From assembly GCA_965113315.1 (NCBI GenBank), contig OZ220364.1: 64,000 nucleotides of DNA; one strand, 5' to 3'. Origin of the DNA: Podarcis vaucheri. Its lineage: Eukaryota. Positions 13,440-24,790 of the stretch are shown one piece after another. Positions within the stretch are counted from its first letter, which is position 1. Every line of letters starts with the position of its first letter. The notes beneath the pieces are model-generated. The model had not been told where the DNA came from. It did not search any database and saw only the letters and a program-made list of their open reading frames with translations. A program made the translations under genes and the position numbers.

Positions 13440-14275
13440 CCTATCACTTGGGTCAGGAGGAGACAGACTGGTTTGATAAGCCGAGGGAACCTCGTTCGGA
13501 GAGGATGAGGCATTATGGTGGCCACTCCTCATCCTCCCAAAGGAGGGGTCCAGTTAAGCACACCTATCACGACTATGACGAGCCCCCGGATGAAGACATG
13601 TGGCATCACGATGACTACTCTCACCCGCGACACTCCTCTTCCAAAGAACACAGGCACCATGGAGACTACGGGAGGCATTCGTCCTCCTCCCGGCACTCCA
13701 CCGATGACCTGCCAAAGAGGTCATCCAGGCAACATCCAAGAGATGCTGGCCGCCACGAGTCACGCGGACATGGGCAGCCCTCTTCCCAGAAGAAGGCTCA
13801 GCAGGCCGATATAAGAGCGCAGCCAGGTTATCCTTCCAGCTCCTCAGAGTACTCCCAGCAGTCTCGGCAGCCGTCGGGCTACCATCATACCTCAGAGTCC
13901 CAAAAATCGCAGAGGCAGGTGCAACATGGGCCGCCATCTCAGCAGCCAAAATCGGAGCCTCTTTCGCACCAACAGCAGCAGCAAGCGAGGCAGCAGCAAG
14001 TTGTGCAGCAGCAGCAGCAGCAGCCGTCATCCAGGCAGCAGCAGCCGTCGAGCAGACAGCAGCAGCAGCAGCAGCAAGCAGCTCCCTCGCAACAATCTTC
14101 TCAGCAACAGCAACAGCAAGCTAGGGTGCAGCAGCAGCAGCAGCAGCCACCGCCAGCAGGAACCCAAGCCCAGCCCTCCTCACGGCCAGCCCAACAACAG
14201 CCTGGCCAAGCCCAGCCAGCAGGCAAACCCCAATCTGCCCTCCAAGCACAACCTGGCACTCACCCAGCGGGACCA
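13440..14275 (+). CDS. BSN: Bassoon exon (His-rich and poly-Gln region)
   Basis: Phase-1 join gives SE-A-YHLGQEETDWFDKPRE; donor CCA|gtaagt, phase 0. Confidence 0.95.
13971..14146 (+). repeat. Interrupted CAG/CAA tracts encoding poly-Gln blocks
   Basis: Q5, Q6, Q7, Q6, Q6 blocks separated by AR, PSSR and similar spacers. Confidence 0.9.
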
Positions 14276-14874
14276 GTAAGTACCTATGTGCCTTTGCTCA
14301 GGGTCAGTTATGCAGTAGGTCCCTCAGAGCTGATGACAGCTTGTTTTGCCCCATGTCAGGTGAGAGGGCTGGGCTAAGCAATGGCCTGTTCTACAGTACA
14401 GGAGTCGCGCTGGGATTGCCTCACCTTAGAATGTCAAAGCAAGGTGGACTGTGCATTGTACAGTCTAGGTCGCTGTGGAGAATGGAGTCTTCCCAGCAGA
14501 GAGGAGGTTCATGGAACTAACAATAGGCTGCAGTAAGTTATAGAGGGGGCAATTCGGACACAGACAAAGAAGAAGGGAGGGAAGAGGAAAGGAAAGGAAT
14601 GCACTTAAGGGAATTGCCTTTGTATAAGAGCTTTATATGTAGCTTTCTTGATGGAGATCACAGGCAGTACCTCAGGAATCCTAGAGGATGGGGAGTATCT
14701 GGTGGAGAATAGGGTGGGTGGATAAGAATTGCTGTGAGACAGCCAGGATGACCTGGCAGTTAAATTCTAGGAAGAAGGCTAAGAGAAAGACCCCAGGAGA
14801 TGGGCTTCATTTTACCATTATTCGTTCTCATTTGCAATAAATAAATACATAAATCACTGTTTGCTATATTACAG

Positions 14875-14971
14875 TCTAAAGCAGAGCAGATGGATGCATC
14901 CAAACCTACCACAAAAGTGCCACAGGTGGGGAAAGCACCCCAAACACAGCCACTGGGAGCAGCAGCAGGAG
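14875..14971 (+). CDS. BSN: Bassoon exon
   Basis: ttacag|TCTAAAGCAGAG (SKAEQMDASKP...), donor G|gtcagt; 97 nt fits phases 0 to 1. Confidence 0.85.
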
Positions 14972-15704
14972 GTCAGTATCTCCTTTCCAGCACCTGCAAT
15001 TGTATGTGTTTTCCTTAAAAAGGGAGGCAGCACCAGTAGTTCAGTAGGCTCAGATCTCTCTGAGGGACGATTAGATTGAAGTCAAAGGGAGTTCCAAGAC
15101 CAATTACTGTGGGTGGGGGGGGATGTCCTACCTGAGATTAAGAAGGCAAATGCTTTAGGTCATTTAGCCATGGCTGGCCCCAGAGTCTAGGCCAGTCAGT
15201 GTAGAATTAATTCACTTGAAACTAGTATTCTGTATGTCATAGAAAAGATAAACATAAGTAGAATGCCCAAAAGCAGCCTCCAGCTTCATTCCACATAGGG
15301 TACAATAGGTTCGCTTTGCATAGCTGTCAAAAATAAAAGGCTTCCCACTCCTGTCTCATTAACCAATTGGGGAAATGACTGTAAGTTGAGTTCTCTCATC
15401 ATTCAGCTCCAATTTAAAATACTTTTTTCACCAAGAAGTTTTAGTCGTTTCTTGTGCCTGTCATACTGATATCTCACCAACACATTGTGCATCTTGGTTA
15501 ACACTGTTAGAAATAGTGTGGCCATCATTTTCTGGTGAAGGTGGTTAGACAGAGATTGGTTATGGCCTATGAATATGGGGCGGGGGGTATATGCAAATTG
15601 CCAGTTGGACCTACCCTTGGTGATACGGGAGGATATATATTTAAATAAATGCATATGTGCAGCTAAATAAATCCATACAAATCAATTTTATTTCTCTCCA
15701 ACAG

Positions 15705-15845
15705 GCATTAAGATAGGTTCCAAACCAGCAGGTGCTCCCACTTCTGCAGGGGCAGCGACTGGACTGCCAGGAGCTGAGGGAGAGAGCGTCTTCTCCAAAA
15801 TCCTGCCAGGAGGGGCAGCAGAACAAGCAGGCAAATTGACAGAAG
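15705..15845 (+). CDS. BSN: Bassoon exon
   Basis: caacag| acceptor; GAEGESVFSKILPGGAAEQAGKLTE; donor G|gtgag. Confidence 0.93.
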
Positions 15846-16713
15846 GTGAGAGGTTTCAAGAGGCATCTTTCTTGGATGCCCCGTGTCAAAGCATGCGGGA
15901 TTTGCTCCTGGAGACAGCTCACCTGTCTTCATGCTTGCACAGGTGGATTTGTTCAACACTTCCTGCAGGACAAATGGCAGAACTACAGGGCAACTGCTAA
16001 TTCAGACCACTGGTCCGTCTAGCTCAGTGTTATCTACACTGGCTGGTAGTGTCTCTCTGGGATTTCAGGCAGGAGTCTCCCTCAGGCCTCTCCAGAGCAG
16101 GCAGAAATCTGAACCTGGGACCTTCTGCACTCACAGCTGATGCTCCGCTGCTGAGCCACAGCCCTTGTTCTAGTTTACACCTATGTGAGAATACAAGAAA
16201 TAAGAAGCCAGCAAGAAAAGTAAAAGCTGTGAAGACGAAATCAAAATAAAGAAAATGGGGATTGGGTGGTAGAACACTGAAGGAAAAAGCCACGTTAGCA
16301 TAGCAGGCCATCAACACGGCAGGCCATAAGTGCTCACTTATGAGGATCACTAAGGGCTAAAATAGAATTGCCTTATCCCAGTGGCCAGCAGCAGCTTTCC
16401 ATCAGCTCAGGCCAACCCTTCTGTTGGGAGATCCTTTTTTACTTGAAATGCCAGGAAGTGACTTTCCTTCTACATGCAAAGCACGTAGCCATAGTCCCTT
16501 CCTGTGTCACAAACAGAGATGTGGGGACAGAGGGTGATAACAGGACTGGCAATGTGAAGGCTGATAATATGGAGGAGGGGCTCTTGTGAAATAGAAGAAG
16601 GGCCCTAAAAACTGAAGATTCAGTGGGAAAGAGGTGAGTGGGGGAAAGATGCAGTCAGTCTTTGGTACCACAAATCCTGATGGCATTTATTTCTCTTACC
16701 TTTACTCCCATAG

Positions 16714-16754
16714 CTGTGTCAGCTTTTGGCAAGAAATTCACATCATTTTGGTGA
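16714..16754 (+). CDS. BSN: Bassoon last coding segment (exon continues to 16768)
   Basis: ccatag| acceptor; AVSAFGKKFTSFW-TGA matches the known Bassoon C-terminus; donor gg|gtgagt after 16768. Confidence 0.93.
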
Positions 16755-17131
16755 GAGAACATCGCTGGGTGAGTCACTTTTTGTTGTGGTAATAATAATT
16801 TATTTCTTGTACCCCACACATCTGACTGGGCTGTCCCAGCCATTCTGGGTGGCTTCCAACAAAACTCCTGATACATTTCATCTTCTCTGGCCATTGCCAT
16901 CGAAAGAGGTCCTGGCGTAATTTCCTGTTTAATAGCTTGGTTCAACTTCTGTCCCTCAACAGGCGCCTTTCATTGCTGCAGCACCCTAACATCAGAGCTA
17001 ACCTATTGCTCTGTTAATCCAAGCGCCCCCTTCAGTTACTCTGACATTTTTCTTTTTTTCTGCACATGTATATGATTCTTTCCTAATAGCCATATCTTTT
17101 TCTTATGTGTGTCTCTCCATCACCCCGGCAG

Positions 17132-17230
17132 GAGTTTGGGAGAATAAATGGAGATCTCATCATTGCACAGGAAAAACCTATGAAGAATCCATTGGAATTC
17201 AGTCTGCCGCACCAGACTCTGAGTATAACA
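17132..17230 (+). other. BSN: Probable post-stop BSN exon (99 nt)
   Basis: Pyrimidine tract plus ggcag| acceptor and aca|gtgagt donor. Confidence 0.6.
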
Positions 17231-17750
17231 GTGAGTGTCACCTCATTGCCTCCATTCCTACATTCTTCTGAGGATGTGGATGAGATCGGATACTTGGCTT
17301 TCATCAAGGCTCAGTGATGGCCCCCAAGATACAAAGCCCAGAGGAGATATTTCTTTTACCTAGTCATATGATATCCTGCTTAGCTTATGGCAATTTGCCT
17401 GATAGTTTAGGTAAGCCATGCCACTTCCAGTCAAGAGTATATCCTGTTGCTGCTAAATGTTTGTTTAATGTCCACAGCATGCTACACACTGTACAGACTT
17501 AGAGAAAAGAGACAGTCCCCATTCAGACTTATTACAGTCTGTATTAGGTGGATATAGCTAGTGGGGGCAGGGGAAGGCAGGGACTGACACGGAGGAGGAA
17601 ATGAAGGTGCTGGTCGCTGTGGCTAGGATGGTTTCAAAGAATCATAGAGTTGGAGGGGATCCTGAGGATCATCTAGTCTAACACCCTGCAATGCAGGAAT
17701 GTGCAGCTGGCCCTTACCAGCATTGGCGTTACCAGCACCACACTCTTAAC

Positions 17751-17888
17751 CAGGCTTCCTCAACCTCGGCCCTCCAGATGTTTTTTTGGCCTACAACTCC
17801 CATGATCCCTAGCTAGCAAGACCAGTGGTCAGGGATGATGGGAATTGTAGTCTCAAAACATCTGGAGGTCCGAGGTTGAGGAAGCCTG
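17751..17888. mobile_element. hAT-type MITE, 138 bp
   Basis: TIR caggcttcctcaacctcgg / ccgaggttgaggaagcctg; 8-bp TSD ctcttaac. Older relatives near 26761, 27265, 31610, 47130, 62440. Confidence 0.9.
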
Positions 17889-19823
17889 CTCTTAACCATC
17901 TGAGTTTGGGAAAGGCCTTTTTAAAGGAATCTCCTTCCTTAGAGGTTTTTAAGCAGAGGTTGGATGGCCATCGGTCATGATGCTTTAGCTGACATTCCTG
18001 CATTGGACTAGATGACGCTCAGGGCCCCTTCCAACTCTACACTACGATTCTAAAGAAGAAGGGCTTAAAGGAGGCTGAGGCACTAAATACTCTTACATAC
18101 AGCGGGAAGATGTTCTAGACACAAAGGACAGCATGTCTGGGGACAGCTGTGGCGGGGGGAAAGAGATGCTAAAGCATGATGGAGCAAAACAGCAGGTCGC
18201 CTGCTACAGCAGAGTTGCAGCGCTAACTTCCTTGCAGCAGTGCCTCTGCTGCTTAACCAGGAGCAAGAGGGACTAGGCAAGAGGGAGGCTAGGATGGTGT
18301 GGGCTCAACAGTGGGGCTATTCCTTTGCTCCTGCCATGGTAACCATGCCACACCAGCCTCCCCGCCATCTCCTCCTTCCCCTTCTTCCTCCTCACATTAA
18401 GCAGCAGTGACACACCTGCCAGGATGTTGCAGCTGCACCCAACTGGGTGAACTCTGCTACTGTGATAGAGGAAGCAAGAAAATTAAGGTGTGGGATAACA
18501 CGTAGTTGGCACAATGTCATAAAGCCTCCCTGCAAACAAATCAGTATGGATGCTCCATAAATAACTGGTGTTGTCCCCGCAAACGCTTTGCAAACAAATC
18601 AGGATGAATGGCCAGTAAATAGATTGTCTGGAACCAACTGTAGAAATGTGTCCCATTTGTTTGGTGCTTAACTCTGTTGTCTGTAATGGTAAGGCATCAA
18701 AATGGCTTTGCTGTGGCATAAAATTTATTCTATCAGCCACAGCCTTAAAGAATTAAGCCCCCAGACCAGCAATCCAGATGTAAAATGGATAACGGGGAGC
18801 ATAAGAAGAAGGCATGAGTGAGGATATTTGCTCTTTGCTGCTTATTTTGACTAAGAAATACCGCTTCGCTCAGCACAATATTGCAGTGACTGTTTTGGGG
18901 AAAGCAGCTGTTATTAGCAGTCCTCTCACTGCAGGCAGCAGACAACAATCCTTTCTCTTTGCTCTATCAATAGAACACAGCAGCTCATCTGGAAGCGGGA
19001 GGGGAAAGAGCCTGTTTTGTGCATTGCTGTGCTAAGTTCCACCAGGAAAGCCAGTGTGCCATATGCAGAACACTCTTACCTTGGGAAGAGTTGAAATGAG
19101 GGGAAGAGGCAGAGAGACCCATGGCAGCTCCAGAATGTGGCCTGCATAGGTCCCAGGGCCACAGCCCTAAGCCACAAGCAGAGAGAGAACATTTTTGTCC
19201 AGCTGATTCCATCCCCTGGGTGTGCTCAGAGCTTTGCCACTTACAGCACTATCTCCTTTCATGGCCCTGTCTGTGTTTTTGTCCATTTTAGAGAGCTCAC
19301 TGAAAGGACTGCATGCTTTTTGATTTGAGGGGGAAATTGAACTTATCCCAGCTGAGGTAAGTGGGTAGCTTCTTACACTTGCTGCCTCAGTCTGTACATT
19401 GCAGTGTGAGCCAGGTCTGCCCCCGGGTTTGAGTGGAGAGGTGAAAGCAAACAACAAATCTCTTTGGGGAAAGTTCTGGCTCTTTCAATCCTCAGTTTTA
19501 GACAACCCCAGTATGAAACGGTTGCATCTCAGTAAGCGTGGGCAGCTGATGTCATTATGTAAACTGTTCATGCTCTTTGATTGGTGGTCTTTTCTGGCGA
19601 GTTCTTTGGGTTGCTTTTGTGCTTTGGTTTTGAGAAATGAGAGAGGCACACTGCAGCCATAAACAGTACAGTAAGGCAGAGCTTTCTCGGGTGGTGCTGT
19701 GAGTGAATATCAAGAGAGGATCAGGAAAATTTGTGCCAAACCATGGCATGGCAAGAAATTGTGTTTCTGTGAATGACCTCTTGTAAATAGAATATTTCCG
19801 ATTCTCTCTTTTGTCTCATCAAG

Positions 19824-22800
19824 CTTTTGAAACCATGGAAAACCACTAGGCTGCGAGATGGAAGGCGGAAAAGATCTTTACGGAGACATTTGCCAGTGGA
19901 TCCCATAAGAAGCTCCTTGAGGACATCTGAGCCAACTGTCGCAAAAGGCTTTCAGAAGCCGCCTGCTGTCAACTCCACGGTGTTCATCGCATGAGCCCCA
20001 AGGGGTGGAGGCAGATGCTTAGTTTGAGAAGATGTACATAAAAGACGTTTACAGAACATGGCCCGGTCCCAGCTTGTCACACAGACTGGCCACTTCCCTG
20101 ATCTTGGAGGGGATGTCTGGGGCTCCAGAGACTACTCACTGCGGTGGTTCCATTTGTGCCTAAGGTCTAATGTTGGGAGCCATGGCCCTTTCTTGAGATT
20201 ATACGCAGAGTTTTCTCTCTTACTGAATTTTAACTCTAGAATCTTCATAGGTTTTTCCAACTCTCCAAGATGTGCTTGAGTCGAGGGCTGGGAGCTGGAG
20301 GCTCTGCTCTTCACATTCCAGTTTGCCCTGTCGGTCGCTCCGCCTGCACAGTGTTTGTTCCCTCTCATCCTCCCTGCAATGGAAAGCATGGGATGAAGAG
20401 AATTTCGACTAGGACCTAACACTGTTTCACCACTGAGATAAGAGGCCATAGGACTCTGAAAGGCAGTGCAAACTGGCTGACTATTGACTGAAGCAAATGC
20501 TGGCCAGGCATGTCTATCAGCCACCCCAAAGCCATCCTGAAGCCATTCTAAAGCATTCAAATGGCAGTGCTTTCCGTTGTTAGTGTTGTGCATTGTTTTA
20601 TGTATGCCTGGGGATTATTTTTATTTCATAAACAGCCTTAATCATTCCACTTTTATTTATGCGTATACCTCATCAGCACCCAGCAACTGGGGGTTTGGAT
20701 TTATTTTAAATTTTCTTTTTTTTCTTTTTTTGTGAGGTTCTTTTTTGTTCTCAGTTTTTGTTTTTTACTTTGTATCGAACATACTGTTTTTCCTCTTTGC
20801 TTTGTCCTGCGTTAGCACATGGACTGTTGTCGGTAGAAGCAATAGAGTGCAGAAGGCTACAAAAAAGAGCACAATCCAGTGTGATGAGATCAGGAGAGCT
20901 TGCCTCTGCCATCCTCCTTCCTACTACTACTGTGCAATTCAAGTCCTTCTTAAGCCATTACCAGTGGGCATGCTCAGAACGACGGAGGAGCTCCCTGGGG
21001 GCAGGATGTTGCCGAACCTGCTGGCGAGGAGCTCCTGGCACTGTTACCCGCGAGAGCCGAAAGAAAACCCTGTGAAACGGCTCCTCTTTTCCTTTGCTGT
21101 AAAGAATCCAGCAAGTGTATGGATGCTCTGGCTCCCATTTGTCTGCGCTGTCTGTTTCCTGCCCGTCTCTCGTCCACACTGAGCATGCTCAAGAGCAACA
21201 ATTCATTGGTGTGACCCATAGGAGCTTCCATTCACCGTGGGTAACAGCAAAATGATTCTCATGTCTAATGTTCTATGCAATGAAATAACAAAACAAAAAA
21301 AGTTTAAAAAAACAACTGTTAATATTTAATAAGTTCAATGTTATGTATAAGGATTTAATTGCAAATGTGCTATTGAGAAACTGGATAGGTATCTTTATAT
21401 TGAACACCTGTGCGTATGAAGTTTTCAATTAGTGGCATGCTTGACCCATCCGAGGGACACTTTTGCCAAAGGGTAGCCATAGAGCCGGTGACTGTCTCTG
21501 TCTGTTGTAGAGCATGGCTTGCTACTTCTCTGCACGGTTTCATCTATTTAGAATGCTTGCCGTTCTTTGCTTGAGGTTTTTTTTTCTCTCTCTCTCCAGT
21601 TGGTTCATCATCACTTCTGAATGCCATTAGCAGATTTATGCACTTGTTATTGAAGGCCTGTCAGTGACACCATGAAGCATCATTATCCTGCAGAATGTAA
21701 CACCAGATGTGTCCTGTGGAACTCCATTAACTATTGGTCCTTTGCCACATCCTTCCCTGGAGTAGCCATTAGTGTCCAGTTCAAGGGGCTTCCTGGGCTT
21801 TCTTGAGACCTAAAGCACATTCCTCCTGGCCAAAACAATATTAAGCCCAAATTCTATCTTGGTTCGAGAGCACCACAAGCTGGGGGAGGTGTTCCAAGAC
21901 TCAGTTACCCCAATAAATTCTGCATGGACAATTTGAGCAGTGTGGCATCGGTTAGTGTAAAGAAAGCACCTTATTCCCCTCCCCTAAGTTCAGAACCTGG
22001 GAAACAGCAGTGATGTCTCCTGTTCCCACAAGCACAATGTCACTGAATAAAGACCTACTAAACGGCAGCTCCTGACAATGGGAGGCTGGCAGCCACTGAG
22101 CGGTGCAGTTTAAGCTGAAGTAGGCTCCAGAATAGAGACCGTTCCAACTCACTCCCGCCATACCAAGCACCCTTGGTACAATGGTGGTGCAGGGCCTTTT
22201 CCTCCATGGTTAGACTCCAAGGCAGAGCTCTGCAAAAATTGGAACAAAACTGTATGGGCTTTTCCTGACAGAGGAGAAGGGGAAAGGTTCAGAGGCAACT
22301 ACCTCTGTTACATGAGAGGTTCTTGCAAACACAGAAGTTTGTGACATTTTTAAGAGAACCTGACAGATCAGTGAGTCTAAGGGCCACGTCACCCCTTTTG
22401 CAGAGGCAAACCTGGGTACCAACTGGACACTCAGGGAGCAGCAGCTCACCAGGACTCCCTGACTCGTATTCCTGGTCTATTTGATACTTAAAACACACTT
22501 GCAAATGTGTTTCATGCTTTCATGCTTTTCTATTTTATGTGAGCGCTTAAAAAAGGAGCGTGCTGAAAAGGGAATGTATGCTGTGGCCCTTAGGCAGCTG
22601 GGGGTTGGAATCACATGAGCTCTCTACAGTAATTAATCCAGGTCTGCGTTATTTTGATATAAGCCTTAATGTTACAAGAGACTCATGTGAACAGCTAGCA
22701 TATTGTGTGGTTCATTTTCTAACTAAAAAGAAAAGAGGACTGTGACACTATAAGCAAAACTGTAAAGGCAGACATGTTTGCATGGTTCCCATGGAGTGCA

Positions 22801-24790
22801 CTTAGGGAAGACTCACACTTTGCAACATCTTTGGCCAGCAGTGGCCTCTCCTTGTCATCTTAGAGAGCACATTCACACAGCAATTGCCTGTGCTCCTAGT
22901 TTGTCACTATGGTGCCCAACTAGAGATCTGGCCAAAAGCCTTAGAAAAGGCAGGTCCCTTTTTGCCTCGGACACCTATGCAATGAGAACCCGTGTCTGCC
23001 TGAGGGAGACACAGTCATCCCCACCAGCTGTGTGGATGGATAAAGGGGACCAGGGTCAAAGTCTACAGGGTAGAAGCTACACGGGCAATGCAACTGCACC
23101 TGATACCTGAATGGGTCTGGTGCAGACATGATGTTGAGTTGCAAGTCTAAAAATATTAGGAGGAAGGTCTCTTGATGGTAGTTCAGTTGTTTGCTAAGAA
23201 TCCAGCTTCTCAGTCAAGATGCAAATATACTGCCTACACAACCTTTGGCACCATCTTCCCCTCCTGCTCTGGTACCATTGAGTGACCTCTAAGCCTTAAG
23301 TTATTCCTTCCCATGGATTACAATGTGAGGAAAGTTATCATATGTATGTAGACTAGAGGCTGTCTTCTAAAGTAGCCAAGCCAGAGTATTTTACCAGCGT
23401 AGAATGCTTTGTAGAACAAAGGCCAATCATTTGATACAGCAGTTGGCTTAGGACGTGGAAATTCATGTAGGAGATAAAGGCAGAGGCCATGCTTTCAAGC
23501 TGGCTGCCTCTTGAATTCCTTGCACTGTTGAATTGGTTACTCTAGTAATAAAAGCATACGCGGGTACTTGGGCCCTACCTCACTGTGCTGTCTCATTGGA
23601 GGAGACCAGAAAATATCACCTTAGCTTCAGAGAATGCTAGTTGAGTTTTCCATGGGCAAGGAAACTGCACACTCGCCTTGTTGGCAATCACCCATTGTAA
23701 AGACCCAGTTTTGGCAGCAGTCTGCATACCTGTTTGGTTCATCTTGGAGTTGTGGCCACCATAGCATTTATGGAGTTCATGAATCTTTCTGATGATAGAC
23801 AGACTGGAAACAATTCCAAGTAGAAGGGGTGGCAGCTACTCATAATGGACCTACATACAGGATGGAAGGCTTGGTTGGTAAGCATATGTTCTTGGCAGCT
23901 GCTTCAGCTAGGATGGCAAGCTGGGGTAGAGACTCCCAAAATGGAGATTTGCTTCCAACTTGAGTCAAACAAGGCATTTGGTAGCAACAACTGCAAGTTT
24001 CTCCACCCAGCTCCTTCCCCACCACTCAGGCCTCCCCTGTCCCCCTGCCCCCCAAAATATACAAAGGATTACCCACAATGACAAGTGCAAAATCTGAGGA
24101 TGCTTCTTCAGGGCTCTAGGTTGAATTTGTGTCCCCTACAGGTTTTCTCAACAGTGGCTGCTACAACCTCCCTCCCTCCCTTCCATTGTAAATATTTGTA
24201 CAGTGTGTAAAATAATAAAACTAAATTAAAAAACTCATGTGGTATGAAGAAAAAAAAGAAAAACAACAACTCACAGGCCCCTTTTCGGGGGCTCCATCTC
24301 ACCAACCAGCACACCTGCCAACTCTTGCTTTTGTGTACAAAAGATCAACAAACAAAGCCTGGTGTTTGTGACTGGCTCCTTTGGACTGTTCCTCTTCTTG
24401 CAAAGCATAGCAGAGTCTTGTAGAGTTGTTGTGGCTGTCACATGACATGTACCTTTCATGCCCTCGTCCTGCCTCCCATGTATCTTGAGTTGTTCCCTTA
24501 TCTCTTTTTTATTTTTATTATCTTGGAGGCAGGAGGGGTTCTGTATAAAAATTATTTTAAAAAATACCAACCACCACCCATCAAACAAAAGAAGAAGTTT
24601 ACAGTTGTAAGTGCAATGACCTAAATCCTTTATCTGAACATTGTAAATGATGTGTGTGTCCTGCTGTGCTCTGTGAGAACTTGTAGTATTTCAGTGTACC
24701 ACCTCATGTATTGTGATTCCGTATGGGAAGTTGCCCTACAAGGTATTTCTGTGGAAAACAGAATAAAAGGACTTAATATGATTCACAAGG
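19824..24790 (+). other. BSN: Probable terminal BSN exon / long 3' UTR
   Basis: ctctcttttgtctcatcaag| acceptor; repeat-poor stretch with AU-rich blocks; AATAAA at 24762-24767. End approximate. Confidence 0.55.
24762..24767 (+). terminator. Polyadenylation signal, probably BSN distal
   Basis: AATAAA at the end of the UTR-like tract, before repeat-rich intergenic DNA; a second AATAAA at 24214-24219. Confidence 0.55.

Noticed and set aside
13554-14279. Poly-Ala and poly-Ser ORFs in other frames
   Set aside because: Shadows of the CAG-rich BSN exon
15778-16754. Programmed -1 frameshift into the overlapping BSN frame
   Set aside because: No X_XXY_YYZ slippery site in the overlap; splicing or reinitiation would be needed
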